From Gemmatimonadaceae bacterium (GTDB taxonomy: Bacteria; Gemmatimonadota; Gemmatimonadetes; Gemmatimonadales; Gemmatimonadaceae): 38,560 nt of DNA. The position numbers were made by a program, and so were the translations under genes. Location: positions 1-38,560 of the forward strand of contig JBBDYA010000033.1 of assembly GCA_040902005.1 (NCBI GenBank), read 5' to 3'. Below, one piece after another: positions 18,028-28,226 of the stretch. A model generated the notes under the pieces. The model saw nothing but the letters and a program-made list of their open reading frames with translations. It made no database searches and was not told the DNA's origin. Position 1 is the stretch's first letter, and the number at the start of each line of letters is the position of its first letter.

Positions 18028-19206
18028 ATGACTCGCACCCTCCTGACCATGCGCTCCGTCCTCGTGTTCTCCACCCTCGCGACCGCGGCGTCTGCTGCTG
18101 CCGCGCAGCCGGCCGTCCACCCGTCCACCTTCCACGACTATCGGATCGTGACCGTGGCGGAAGGGCTCCGCAACCCGTGGTCGATCGCCTTCCTGCCAGG
18201 CGGCGACATGCTGGTCACCGAGCGCGCCGGCCGACTGCGCATCGTCCGGAACGGCCGCCTGCTCGCGGACTCCGTGCCCGGTCTTCCCGTGATTCGGACG
18301 GGTGGGCAGGGCGGCCTGCTCGACGTAGTGCCGCATCCCGGCTTCGCGACCAACCGCCTGCTGTACATCAGCTACTCGAAGCCGAACGCCGACAGCTCCG
18401 AGGGAACCACGGCGGTGGTCCGAGCCCGGTTCGAGAACGACCGGCTCACCAACGTGCAGGAGATCTTCGAAGCCAAAGTCTGGTCGCGCGGGCGCGGGCA
18501 CCACGGATCGAGACTCGCGTTCGACGCAAACGGTTTCCTCTTCATTTCGCTGGGCGACCGGCAGGTCGCGCCCGCCGGGAACCTCGAGGCACATCCGTCG
18601 CAGGATCTCTCCAATCATTTCGGCGCCATTGTCCGCCTGCACGAGGATGGGCGCGTCCCCGCCGACAATCCGTTCGTGGGACAGGCGGGCGCGCTGCCAG
18701 AAATCTGGAGCTACGGTCATCGCAACGTGCAGGGAATGGTCATCCACCCTGGAACCGGCGACGTGTGGGCCACCGAGCACGGGCCGCAGGGCGGCGATGA
18801 GCTCAACCTGATTCAGCGCGGCAAGAACTATGGATGGCCGGTCGTGGGATTCGGCGTGAACTATCGGAGCGGCGCCGCCATCCACAGTGGCACGCATCGC
18901 GACGGGATGGAGCCGCCGGTGAAGGTGTGGGTCCCGTCCATCGCGACGTCCGGCCTGCTCCTCTATACCGGAGACGCCTTTCCGCGCTGGAAGGGCAACC
19001 TGTTCTCCGGTGGAATGGCCGGCGAGCAACTGGCTCGGCTGACCCTCGACGGACGGCGAGTGATGTCGGAGGAAACGCTCGTCCATCGTCTGGGACGCAT
19101 TCGCGACGTGCGCCAGGGGCCGGACGGCTTCATCTACCTCGCCATCGATCATCGTCAGGGAGAACCCACCGCGGTCGTTCGCCTGGAGCCCGCCCCCGGC
19201 AGATGA
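18028..19206 (+). CDS. PQQ-dependent sugar (glucose/sorbosone) dehydrogenase, YliI-like
   Basis: Signal peptide; [52 protein letters not shown]. Alternative start 18049. Confidence 0.93.
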   Translation: MTRTLLTMRSVLVFSTLATAASAAAAQPAVHPSTFHDYRIVTVAEGLRNPWSIAFLPGGDMLVTERAGRLRIVRNGRLLADSVPGLPVIRTGGQGGLLDVVPHPGFATNRLLYISYSKPNADSSEGTTAVVRARFENDRLTNVQEIFEAKVWSRGRGHHGSRLAFDANGFLFISLGDRQVAPAGNLEAHPSQDLSNHFGAIVRLHEDGRVPADNPFVGQAGALPEIWSYGHRNVQGMVIHPGTGDVWATEHGPQGGDELNLIQRGKNYGWPVVGFGVNYRSGAAIHSGTHRDGMEPPVKVWVPSIATSGLLLYTGDAFPRWKGNLFSGGMAGEQLARLTLDGRRVMSEETLVHRLGRIRDVRQGPDGFIYLAIDHRQGEPTAVVRLEPAPGR

Positions 19207-20753
19207 CCATGCGCGAAAAACTCGAGCTGCTGGAAAAGCGCCGGGCGGAAGCCGAGCTCGGCGGAGGCACGAAGCGCCTCAAGGCGCAGCACGAGAAGGG
19301 AAAGCTGTCGGCGCGCGAACGACTGGATCTTCTCCTCGATGAAGGCAGCTTCGTCGAACTCGACCGCTTCGTCGTGCATCGGTCCACCGACTTCGGGCTT
19401 GCGGACCAGACGGTGTATGGTGACGGCGTCGTCACGGGCTACGGGCGCATCGAGGGACGGCTCGTCTACGTCTTCTCGCAGGACTTCACGGTCCTCGGCG
19501 GGTCGCTGTCGGAGTCGTTCGCCGAGAAGATCGTGAAGGTGATGGACCTCGCCATACGCAACGGCGCCCCCGTGATCGGTCTCAACGACTCCGGCGGCGC
19601 CCGCATTCAGGAAGGAGTCGTTTCGCTGGGCGGATACGCGGAGATCTTCCTGCGGAACACGCTGGCGTCCGGCGTGGTGCCGCAGATCTCCGCGGTGCTC
19701 GGACCGTGCGCTGGTGGAGCGGTGTACTCCCCGGCGATCACCGACTTCACGTACATGGTGCGCGGCACGTCGTACATGTTCGTGACCGGGCCGAACGTGG
19801 TGAAGACGGTCACGCACGAAGACGTGACGATGGAACAACTGGGTGGCGCGGACACGCACGCATCGGTGTCAGGCGTGGCGCATTTCGCGATGGACTCCGA
19901 ACCCGCCTGCCTTCAGGCCATCCGTGATCTGTTCCGGTTCATCCCGTCCAACAACATCGATGCGCCCCCCGCCGGCACAGGGAGCGATCCGCGCGACCGC
20001 CGCACGGAGGGGTTGCTGGACGTCGTGCCCGACAATCCGAACAAGCCGTACGACATGCACGACGTCATCCGGCCCATCGTGGACGACGGCCAGTTCTACG
20101 AGGTGCACAAGGACTACGCGGGCAACATTCTCTGCGGCTTTGCGCACCTGGGCGGCACGAGCGTCGGCATCGTGGCGAACCAACCCGCCGTGTTGGCCGG
20201 GGTGCTGGACATCAACGCGTCCGTGAAGGCCGCGCGATTCGTGCGGTTCTGCGACGCGTTCAATATTCCGATCGTGACGTTCGAGGACGTGCCCGGATTC
20301 CTTCCGGGCGTGGCGCAGGAGCACGGCGGCATCATCCGGCATGGGGCGAAGCTTCTGTTCGCGTTCTGCGAGGCCACGGTGCCCAAGCTCACCGTGATCA
20401 CGCGCAAGGCGTACGGGGGCGCGTACGACGTGATGTCGTCCAAGCACATCCGCGGCGACTACAACGTGGCGTGGCCCACGGCGGAGATCGCGGTGATGGG
20501 ACCCAAGGGAGCGGTGGAGATCCTCTTTCGGAAGGAAATCGCGGAGAGCAAGGATCCGGCGGCGGCGACCGAGACCAGGATCGAGGAGTACCGGCAGAAG
20601 TTCGCGCATCCTTACATCGCGGCGGGGCGGGGCTATCTGGATGACATCATCGATCCGCGCGACACACGGCCGCGACTCATCGACGCCCTCGACTCACTCA
20701 AGTCCAAGCGCGACCGCAATCCCCCCAAGAAACACGGGAATATTCCGCTCTAG
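19203..20753 (+). CDS. pccB: Acyl-CoA carboxylase carboxyltransferase subunit (propionyl-CoA carboxylase beta-like)
   Basis: [55 protein letters not shown] overlap with the upstream gene. Confidence 0.93.
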   Translation: MTMREKLELLEKRRAEAELGGGTKRLKAQHEKGKLSARERLDLLLDEGSFVELDRFVVHRSTDFGLADQTVYGDGVVTGYGRIEGRLVYVFSQDFTVLGGSLSESFAEKIVKVMDLAIRNGAPVIGLNDSGGARIQEGVVSLGGYAEIFLRNTLASGVVPQISAVLGPCAGGAVYSPAITDFTYMVRGTSYMFVTGPNVVKTVTHEDVTMEQLGGADTHASVSGVAHFAMDSEPACLQAIRDLFRFIPSNNIDAPPAGTGSDPRDRRTEGLLDVVPDNPNKPYDMHDVIRPIVDDGQFYEVHKDYAGNILCGFAHLGGTSVGIVANQPAVLAGVLDINASVKAARFVRFCDAFNIPIVTFEDVPGFLPGVAQEHGGIIRHGAKLLFAFCEATVPKLTVITRKAYGGAYDVMSSKHIRGDYNVAWPTAEIAVMGPKGAVEILFRKEIAESKDPAAATETRIEEYRQKFAHPYIAAGRGYLDDIIDPRDTRPRLIDALDSLKSKRDRNPPKKHGNIPL

Positions 20754-22807
20754 GGACTCACCCGGCGGGTGTGGATCACCAGGACGCCGCAGCCGACGTC
20801 GCCGCGACTGTAGCGCATCGGGGTCTGAGCCGCGGAGGCGTAGTACTCGATGGCCTCGATCTGGTCCACGGAAACGGTATTGAGGTCGAAGCCAGGCACA
20901 TCTGGCTGCGGCCTGTAGATCACCGCCCCGTCCATGTAGACCGTCGCCAGGCACCAATTCTCCTCCTGTAGGAGCCTGGAGTCACTCGGATCCACGCGGC
21001 GATAGGACGCAACGCTGCGCCGACGGGTCGCGAGATACGCCTTGTTGCCGGACGCCTGGACGATGCGCACGCCCTCGACCTGACCGATCACCTCGGAGGT
21101 GCGCCGCCCGCTCTGCTTCTCGAGCTCGGCACGAGTCAGGAAGGCGCCCAGGCCCATCGCCCGGTGCTCATCGAACGACGGGATCAGGGACCGCGCGATC
21201 ACGCTCACTGTGTCCAGCGTCGGCGTGCGCTGGAGCACGATGCGCCGGTTCACCGTCCGCGCCGGCGCAAAGGCCAGCGTCGTATCGAGCGCGCCAAAGC
21301 CCACCCGGCGCACCAGCACCCGGTGTTCGCCGATCGGAATGTCGGTCAGGCGAAAGGCGCCTCCGTCATCCGTGAACGCGTTCAGGGCGAGGTCGGGGAA
21401 GGCCACCTCCACCTCGGCGATCGGCAGCTCTGCGGAATCGGCGACGATGACGCCGGCAAACGTCGCCAAACGCGGACGCGGTCGGCCGATGCGAATCGCC
21501 ACGTTCTCCGCCGTATCGATAACCGCCACTGCCATCTCGTGGATCGCGCCCAGCGAGTCCAGCGCCGCGGTCCGAACCTCCAGTGTGTACTCGCCCGGGA
21601 TGACCTCGGTTAGCCGGAAGCCGCCGTCGATCCTGCTCTCGGCCGTGAGCGGCGTACCCCGCAGGCTTACGCGGGCGCGCACAATGGGCGCGCCCGTCGC
21701 GGAGTCGCGCACGGACCCGCCGAACGCAACCATCGCCCGCGTCCACAGCGTGTCACTGCCCCGCATGGCCAGCGTCAGCTCGCCGCCGGTGACCATCAGG
21801 TCCCGCAACCGAACGACCGGCCGTCCGTCGATCATTTCCTGCTCGAGCGACGGCATCCTGATGCTCCAGCGCGACACCGCCCACCCGCCATTCGCCATCC
21901 GGGCGAACTCCATTGTGCCCCCCGCCTCGTTGGCCTGGACGGCCGACACGTTGGCGTATCCGAACTCCAGGGACAGCAGCGCGGAGGTCAGCCGGTCAAT
22001 CCAGATCGTGCCCTTGATCTCCGGAAGATCTCGGCGGTCGCGGGTGGGGTCGAAGACGATGCCCAGCCGGCTGCCCGTGCGCGGGCGGGTGATGCGGAAG
22101 CAGTGGTCTTCGACGAACTCGTCCGACAGCAGCGCGTCCAGTCCCGGTGCATGGTACGTGACGAATCCCTCCTCGTCCTTCACGATGTACCCCTCCCGCC
22201 GCAGGATGCCGATGGGGGTGGACCTCCAAGGCTGCGTCACGAAGCCCGTCGTGACCCGTGACGTCTGGTCGCGCATCCGCCGCGTGCGCTGGTCGACGCT
22301 GCCCTCGTAGGACATGATGGTCGCGGTGACGCCACGCGACGCCGCCGTGAGTTGCGTGGCCGCGAGTGCGGCTCGCACCTGCTCCCAGATCGCCAGGAAG
22401 CCGGGATCCGAGTTGCGCCATCCGCACAGGCTGCGCGACGCCACCTGAACGGTGTCGAGCGCAATCGCGACCCCGGTCAGTTGCAGCGGCGCGAGCAGGT
22501 TCGGGCCAGCGGTGAACACCACCGGGTTGGACGTGGTGGGGCGGAATCCGATCCGCATGGCGCGCACCCGAAACGTGCCCGTGGCCGGCGCGATCAGGGC
22601 AAAGGCACCTGCCTGGTCAGTAATTGCCCGTCTGACAACGCTTTCCGTGCTGTCGAGGAGCAGGACGACAACGCCCGCAAGCGGCGCCGAGATGGCATCA
22701 GTGACCGTGCCCCGGGCGGTTTGCGCTCCAGCCGCCGCAGGACCCATGAGGCCGGCGAGCAACAGCAGGGTTTCGCACCGGCGTCCCCGTGTGTTATATG
22801 TACGCAC
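20750..22807 (-). CDS. Secreted protein with three carboxypeptidase-regulatory-like (CarboxypepD_reg) domains and a C-terminal TonB-plug-like domain
   Basis: Repeats G.V.D...AP...V...TD..G.F...G.Y/H...RxGF; C-terminal YMDG...IEAIEYY...[12 protein letters not shown] 22807 is preceded by GGAGGG. Confidence 0.8.
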   Translation of the reverse strand: MRTYNTRGRRCETLLLLAGLMGPAAAGAQTARGTVTDAISAPLAGVVVLLLDSTESVVRRAITDQAGAFALIAPATGTFRVRAMRIGFRPTTSNPVVFTAGPNLLAPLQLTGVAIALDTVQVASRSLCGWRNSDPGFLAIWEQVRAALAATQLTAASRGVTATIMSYEGSVDQRTRRMRDQTSRVTTGFVTQPWRSTPIGILRREGYIVKDEEGFVTYHAPGLDALLSDEFVEDHCFRITRPRTGSRLGIVFDPTRDRRDLPEIKGTIWIDRLTSALLSLEFGYANVSAVQANEAGGTMEFARMANGGWAVSRWSIRMPSLEQEMIDGRPVVRLRDLMVTGGELTLAMRGSDTLWTRAMVAFGGSVRDSATGAPIVRARVSLRGTPLTAESRIDGGFRLTEVIPGEYTLEVRTAALDSLGAIHEMAVAVIDTAENVAIRIGRPRPRLATFAGVIVADSAELPIAEVEVAFPDLALNAFTDDGGAFRLTDIPIGEHRVLVRRVGFGALDTTLAFAPARTVNRRIVLQRTPTLDTVSVIARSLIPSFDEHRAMGLGAFLTRAELEKQSGRRTSEVIGQVEGVRIVQASGNKAYLATRRRSVASYRRVDPSDSRLLQEENWCLATVYMDGAVIYRPQPDVPGFDLNTVSVDQIEAIEYYASAAQTPMRYSRGDVGCGVLVIHTRRVSP

Positions 22808-22869
22808 CGAGAATCCCTCCGCTCGCACTCAATACACGCCACCCTGTCACAACCCTGAGGACGGTCCCC

Positions 22870-23448
22870 ATGATCAGCTTCCGCGTCGCGATCCTGGTCC
22901 TCGTTGCCATTCCCACCCTCGCGTCCGCCCAGCGCCGCCGGACCATGGGCGAGCCCGAGGCGAACTGGCGAGAGGTGGACCAGTTTTCACGATCCACCAG
23001 TCCGCTCACCGTTCGAGATATCGAAAATCTGAGCGCCGTCAAGGTGCTGATCGATCAGCGCAAGAAACTCAAGCTCTCCGACGAGCAGAGCAAGCAGCTC
23101 AACGCCCTCGCGGATCAGGAAAAGGAAGCCAACAAATCGGGATTCCAGGCGGTTGATACACTGCGGCGGGTCGCCCGCGCCCGTCAGACGGCGATGACGG
23201 AAGAGGAAACGACGCTCATGTCGATTGCGCGCGCAGACCTGCGCGGCGTCATCGATACGATTCGTGCGAGCTACGTCGCCACGCTCGGCGAGGCGATGGC
23301 TGTTCTCGATGAGTCACAGCGCGAGGCGGCGAAACCGTTGCTGGAGAAACATCGCGATGACTCGGCGCAGTTGCTGCGCGCGAAGTTCGCCGAAATGAGC
23401 CAGGCCCGTCCTGCCGAGGCCGGGGCCGGGGCACGGCGCCGGCCATAG
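22870..23448 (+). CDS. Secreted helical protein, possibly Spy/CpxP-like (LTxxQ-type)
   Basis: GAGGA SD; signal peptide ending ASA-Q; LKLSDEQ and VLDESQ motifs flank helical segments. Confidence 0.7.
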   Translation: MISFRVAILVLVAIPTLASAQRRRTMGEPEANWREVDQFSRSTSPLTVRDIENLSAVKVLIDQRKKLKLSDEQSKQLNALADQEKEANKSGFQAVDTLRRVARARQTAMTEEETTLMSIARADLRGVIDTIRASYVATLGEAMAVLDESQREAAKPLLEKHRDDSAQLLRAKFAEMSQARPAEAGAGARRRP

Positions 23449-23880
23449 CTACTGGTCCGCTTCGTCCAGCTCCGCTGGCTTGTCTCCGCCGTGGGCGAGC
23501 CAGCGCACTGCGGCCGTGAGTTTCTTGATCGACACGGGCTTCCGCATGATCAGCCAGCGGCCCGGCACATCGCCCAGTTGCCAGAACTCGTCAGTCCACC
23601 CGCTGACGTAGAGCGTGGGCCGCGGTCCGTACTTCGCCGCCGCATCGCGCACGAAGTCGCCGCCGTCGCCATCGGGTAGCCCGAGGTCCACCACGAGCAC
23701 CTGCGCATCGCCCGCGATCGCGTCCATCCGCTCCATGGCCTGCGCACAACTGCCGGCGGTGACCACGGCGTAGCCCTGGCCGGTCAGGACTTCCTCGTAG
23801 ATCTGACAGATCGCCGCGTCGTCATCGACGACCAGGAGGCGAACGGGGGGAGGAGGCGAGTGGGGAGGTTGCGTCACCAT
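23449..23880 (-). CDS. Single-domain response regulator
   Basis: LLVVDDD, VLVVD(phosphoacceptor)LGLPDGDG, YVSG, RKP. Confidence 0.9.
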   Translation of the reverse strand: MVTQPPHSPPPPVRLLVVDDDAAICQIYEEVLTGQGYAVVTAGSCAQAMERMDAIAGDAQVLVVDLGLPDGDGGDFVRDAAAKYGPRPTLYVSGWTDEFWQLGDVPGRWLIMRKPVSIKKLTAAVRWLAHGGDKPAELDEADQ

Positions 23881-23915
23881 GTCCTTAGTCTAAACGGGCC
23901 GAGTAGCTTAGTCCC
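23881..23915. promoter_or_regulatory. Divergent promoter pair, both leaderless-type
   Basis: Minus strand TAGACT (23892-23887) 6 nt before ATG 23880; plus strand TAGCTT (23904-23909) 6 nt before GTG 23916. Confidence 0.6.
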
Positions 23916-25430
23916 GTGCTCAAAAAGGTGCTGGTAGCAAATCGCGGCGAAATCGCACTGCGCGTGATTCGGGCCTGTCGGGAGTTGAGCGTCCGGTCCG
24001 TCGCGGTGTTCAGCGACGCGGACGCTCGCGCGGTGCATGTTCGGGAAGCAGACGAGGCGGTGCACATCGGCGCGTCACCGTCGGCTGAAAGCTATCTGGT
24101 CGGGGAGCGAATCATCGAGGCCGCCCGTCGCGTCGGAGCGGACTCCATTCACCCCGGCTATGGCTTTCTCTCGGAGCGCGAATGGTTTGCCCGAGCCGTT
24201 CGGGATGCGGGGCTCATCTTCGTGGGCCCCACGCCCGAGGCCATCGCGGCGATGGGCAGCAAGACGGCCGCGCGGCAACTCGCGATCTCCGCGGGCACAC
24301 CCGTGGTGCCCGGCACCACCAGTGCGCTCAAGGACGTGGACGAGGCGGGGCGCGTCGCGAGCGAGTTCGGATATCCGGTACTGCTCAAGGCGGTCGCGGG
24401 GGGTGGCGGAAAGGGGATGCGCGTCGTGCACCAGCCGGCGGAACTCGAAGACGCCCTGGCCGCCGCCCGACGCGAAGCGACGAACGCCTTTGGCGACGAT
24501 GCCGTGTACGTCGAGAAGTACATCGACCGGCCGAGACACGTGGAAATCCAGGTGCTCGGCGACGCGCACGGCAATATGGTGCACCTGGGGGAACGCGAGT
24601 GCTCGATCCAGCGCCGCCACCAGAAGATGATCGAGGAGGCGCCAAGCGTGGCGGTCTCGCCGGAGCTCCGCGCGCGCATGGGCGCCGCCGCGGTCGCGGC
24701 GGCGAAGGCGGCGGGCTACGTCAACGCCGGCACCTGTGAGTTTCTCCTCTCGGCAGATGGCGCGTTCTACTTTCTCGAGATGAACACGCGCATCCAGGTG
24801 GAGCATCCGGTGACCGAGCTGGTGACCGGCATCGACCTGGTACAGTGGCAGTTGCGAGTGGCAGCCGGCGAGGCGCTCGCCTTCACGCAGGAGGAGATCA
24901 CGCCTCGCGGATGGGCCATCGAGTGTCGCATCACGAGCGAGGATCCCGCGCACGGTTTCCTCCCGTCCACGGGCACCGTGAGCTATCTGCATGTGCCTTC
25001 GGGTCCCGGCGTGCGCTGGGATGGCGGAATCGAGACGGGCAGTGAGGTGAGTCTCTACTACGATCCGATGATCGGGAAACTCATTACCTGGGCCCGCACG
25101 CGTGAGCTGGCAGTGGACCGGATGCATCGCGCGCTGCTGGAGCTGACCATCACGGGGGTCGAGACGTCGCGCGACTTTCACCTGCGCATGATGGAGAACG
25201 CGGACTTTCGCAACGGCGCGATCGACATCCAGTGGCTGGAGCGAAACATGGCGTCACTGGTGGAGGTGCAGCCGCCAGCCGATCTCGCGCGAGTGGCGGC
25301 GATCGCGGCAGCGCTGCTCGCGGAGCGCGATCGACAGGCGCCGCGGCGCAAGACCAGCGCCGCGGGAGGCGCCGCGCCTCTCTCCGACGACGGCTGGACG
25401 CGCGTCGCGCGCCGCGAGGGACTGCGATGA
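23916..25430 (+). CDS. accC: Biotin carboxylase subunit of acetyl/propionyl-CoA carboxylase
   Basis: VANRGEIA, HPGYGFLSE, GGGGKGMR, ERECSIQRRHQK, EMNTRIQVEHPVTE, YYDPMIGK. Confidence 0.95.
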   Translation: MLKKVLVANRGEIALRVIRACRELSVRSVAVFSDADARAVHVREADEAVHIGASPSAESYLVGERIIEAARRVGADSIHPGYGFLSEREWFARAVRDAGLIFVGPTPEAIAAMGSKTAARQLAISAGTPVVPGTTSALKDVDEAGRVASEFGYPVLLKAVAGGGGKGMRVVHQPAELEDALAAARREATNAFGDDAVYVEKYIDRPRHVEIQVLGDAHGNMVHLGERECSIQRRHQKMIEEAPSVAVSPELRARMGAAAVAAAKAAGYVNAGTCEFLLSADGAFYFLEMNTRIQVEHPVTELVTGIDLVQWQLRVAAGEALAFTQEEITPRGWAIECRITSEDPAHGFLPSTGTVSYLHVPSGPGVRWDGGIETGSEVSLYYDPMIGKLITWARTRELAVDRMHRALLELTITGVETSRDFHLRMMENADFRNGAIDIQWLERNMASLVEVQPPADLARVAAIAAALLAERDRQAPRRKTSAAGGAAPLSDDGWTRVARREGLR

Positions 25431-26656
25431 GCGAGACGTTCGACCTGAGGATCGATTCGATCGGCGCCGGAGGCGACGGTGTGGGGCGGCACAACGGGAT
25501 TGTCGTCTTCGTGCCCCGGACGACGCCGGGAGACGTGGCGCGCGTGTCGGCGCTTCAGGAGGACCGGTTGATGCGCGGGCGGCTGCTGGAGGTCCTGCAA
25601 CCCTCGCCCGATCGCGTGGAACCGCCGTGCGTCCATTACGTGCACGACGGATGCGGCGGCTGCCAGGTGCAGCACGTCTCCTACGAGGCACAGTTGCGCG
25701 AAAAGGCCGGGATCATCCGGGACGCACTCACGCGAATCGGCAAGCTGACGGTGGCGGCGCCAGCGATCTCACCCAGCGAGCAGCAATGGCGCTACCGCCG
25801 GAAGCTCACGCTGGCGCTTCGGCGCCGGGAAGGGCGCTGGATCGCGGGACTCCGCCGCTTCGACGCGCCCGACGAAGTCTTCGAGCTGAGCGACTGTCCC
25901 ATCACGGACGAACGCGCCGTCGTCCACTGGCGCGCCGTGATGGCCACTGAGCACCTGCTGCCGGCAGACAGGGAACTGCGAGGGGCGGTGCGCATCCTCC
26001 CATCGGGATTCTCGTTCACGCTGGAGGGTGCCCGCACCTGGCCCGGGAGCGCGGACTTCTTCGCGCTCGTCCCGGCCATGGCGGAGCTCTGGTGGCACCC
26101 CGCGGGCAAGTCGCGACGCCTGCTGCACTCCCGCGCCTCAAACGATTCCGCGGGCGCCAGCTTCACTCAGGTGAATCCCGGAATGGCCGCGCAGCTGCTG
26201 GAATGGGTCGTCTCCCTGGCGACCGCCGCCAGGCCGGTCACGGCAGTGGACGCCTATGCAGGGACCGGAGACTTTGCTGCATCGCTGGCGGCGGCCGGTA
26301 CGCGGGTCACCGCCATCGAACGCGATCGCGACGCCTCGCGCGTTTCCGCCGCGCGGCTGCCCGAGGGGTCGCGCGCGGTCGCGGCGTTGGTGGAGGACGC
26401 GTTGCCTGGCACCCTGCCCGCGGACGTCGTGATCCTCAACCCGCCGCGCGGCGGAGTTGATGCCCGCGTGGCCGAGGCGCTCAGAACCCAGGGCCAGAGA
26501 CCCAGGGCACTCATTTACGTCAGCTGCAACCCGGCGACGCTCGCCAGGGACATCCGCCGCATGGAGCGGTACCGGGTGCGATCGGTGCGCGGGTTCGACA
26601 TGTTCCCGCAGACCGCCCACGTGGAAACAGTGTGCGAGCTGGAGCCGGCCGCATGA
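25427..26656 (+). CDS. TRAM-domain RNA m5U methyltransferase (RlmD/TrmA family)
   Basis: N-terminal TRAM; Fe-S motif CVHY..CGGC..C; DAYAGTG, NPPRGG, YVSCNPATLARD, DMFPQTAHVE. Confidence 0.92.
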   Translation: MSETFDLRIDSIGAGGDGVGRHNGIVVFVPRTTPGDVARVSALQEDRLMRGRLLEVLQPSPDRVEPPCVHYVHDGCGGCQVQHVSYEAQLREKAGIIRDALTRIGKLTVAAPAISPSEQQWRYRRKLTLALRRREGRWIAGLRRFDAPDEVFELSDCPITDERAVVHWRAVMATEHLLPADRELRGAVRILPSGFSFTLEGARTWPGSADFFALVPAMAELWWHPAGKSRRLLHSRASNDSAGASFTQVNPGMAAQLLEWVVSLATAARPVTAVDAYAGTGDFAASLAAAGTRVTAIERDRDASRVSAARLPEGSRAVAALVEDALPGTLPADVVILNPPRGGVDARVAEALRTQGQRPRALIYVSCNPATLARDIRRMERYRVRSVRGFDMFPQTAHVETVCELEPAA

Positions 26657-27156
26657 AGTACTTCGTCACGGTGGGGCGCGAGCAGCACGTGGTCGTCCTC
26701 GACGGGGAAACGGTCCTGATAGACGGCGCCAAGGTGCGGGCGCACGTCGAAGATCTTCCCGGCACGCCGGTGAAGCTGGTGACGATCGGCAGCCAGGTGT
26801 ATCGTGTGCTCGACCGGCGGGGTGACGAGCGCTCGCAATACGACCTGTCGATCGGGGGCCACAGGCTCGCGGTGGAAGCGCTGAACGACCGCGCCAGGGT
26901 CATCCGCGATCTCTCCCGGCTCTCCACCAGGCCCACCGCGCCACTGCATCTGATCGCGCCCATGCCCGGGATGATCGTGCGGGTGAACGTCGCGGCCGGC
27001 GATCAGGTGCGTGCAGGGCAGGGACTCGTCGTCATGGAAGCGATGAAGATGGAAAACGAGCTGCGGGCGGGCACCGCGGGCGTCGTCAAACGAGTTGTGG
27101 CCACACCCGGCAGCGCCGTGGAGAAGGGGGCGCTGCTACTCGAAATGGAGGCATGA
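26653..27156 (+). CDS. Biotin carboxyl carrier protein with N-terminal beta domain
   Basis: APMPG...EAMKMENE biotinylation motif; ATGA overlap. Confidence 0.93.
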   Translation: MKYFVTVGREQHVVVLDGETVLIDGAKVRAHVEDLPGTPVKLVTIGSQVYRVLDRRGDERSQYDLSIGGHRLAVEALNDRARVIRDLSRLSTRPTAPLHLIAPMPGMIVRVNVAAGDQVRAGQGLVVMEAMKMENELRAGTAGVVKRVVATPGSAVEKGALLLEMEA

Positions 27157-28058
27157 CCATGCGGACGACCCTGCTCTTCCTGGCGGTCGTGGGGGCCTGC
27201 TCGCGCAGCCCCGAAGCTGCCACGCCGGTGCCCGAGGCACCGCCATCGACCGACATCTACCTCTATCGCTTCACCCCTCCCTCCGCAGCCGGCCAGGTTT
27301 TCAACATCACAAATCGTTCTGGGTACGACAACCAGCCATCGTGGGACGGCAACGGGCGCATCCTGTACACCGCGCAGGAGGATGGCCAGACGGAGATTTA
27401 CCAGGTGAACTTCGAGTCATCGGCGATCTCCAGGATATTTGCGACGCCAGAGAGCGAATACTCGCCAACCATAACTCCCGATGGGAAAGCCATTTCCGTC
27501 GTGCGGGTTGAACTGGATTCTACGCAGCGCCTGTGGCAGCTTCCGCTCGACGGGAGCGGGCCCAGCGTGATCCTGCCTGACATCAGCCCCGTTGGCTATT
27601 TCGCCTGGCTCGATTCAACCGTGCTCGCGCTCTTTGTGCTCGGGTCCCCCAACACCCTCCGCATCGCGGACACGCGGACCGGCGAGGCAACGGTCGTGGC
27701 GACCGGCATCGGACGTTCTCTCCAGCGAGTCCCGGGCGGACGGCGCGCGTCGTTCCTGCACCGGGTGGGCGGCCAGTGGGTGCTCAAGACGGTGGATCCC
27801 GACGTGCGCGCTGACGGCTCATTCCGGGTGGACAGCATCGCGGTCATGCCGCCAGGCGCGGACTACGTGGTGTGGCGCTCGGCGACCGAGGTGTACTCTG
27901 CGTCGGGAAGCCGGCTCCTGCGCCTTCAGCTGCCCGCCGGCACATGGGAGGAGGCCGTGGATCTGGGCGGGCAGGGCATCCGGAACATCTCGCGGCTGGC
28001 GCTTTCCCCGGACAGGTCGCGACTCGCGTTCGTGGCGGACGAGCCCCGCGCTCCCTGA
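27153..28058 (+). CDS. TolB-like beta-propeller lipoprotein
   Basis: Lipobox VGA-C; GYDNQPSW, SEYSPTITPDG, LALSPD PD40-type repeats. Confidence 0.8.
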   Translation: MTMRTTLLFLAVVGACSRSPEAATPVPEAPPSTDIYLYRFTPPSAAGQVFNITNRSGYDNQPSWDGNGRILYTAQEDGQTEIYQVNFESSAISRIFATPESEYSPTITPDGKAISVVRVELDSTQRLWQLPLDGSGPSVILPDISPVGYFAWLDSTVLALFVLGSPNTLRIADTRTGEATVVATGIGRSLQRVPGGRRASFLHRVGGQWVLKTVDPDVRADGSFRVDSIAVMPPGADYVVWRSATEVYSASGSRLLRLQLPAGTWEEAVDLGGQGIRNISRLALSPDRSRLAFVADEPRAP

Positions 28059-28226
28059 GGGCGGGTGGTGGGTGACTGACCACTAGTCCGAGGGCGGCCA
28101 CCGTAGCGTAAAGCGCTTGCCCCAAGTAGCTTGCGAGTCTGTTCAAAAATGCCTTCGGGCAGCCGAGACCCGGGTTGCAATCCGCACCAGTGAGGCGCAG
28201 GACTTATTTCAGTAGTTGACTCTCCG

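Noticed and set aside
15479..18031. 850-aa plus-strand ORF, and similar long antisense ORFs (264-1823, 10096-11817, 30230-31612, 35525-36946)
   Set aside because: They mirror well-supported genes on the opposite strand and show no recognisable motifs; expected shadows of GC-rich codon usage.
15140..19206. PqqL-like M16 peptidase divergent from a PQQ-dependent dehydrogenase as a PQQ biosynthesis module
   Set aside because: The peptidase has a signal peptide while PqqA processing is cytoplasmic, and no pqqA-E genes or ExxxY precursor peptide were seen.
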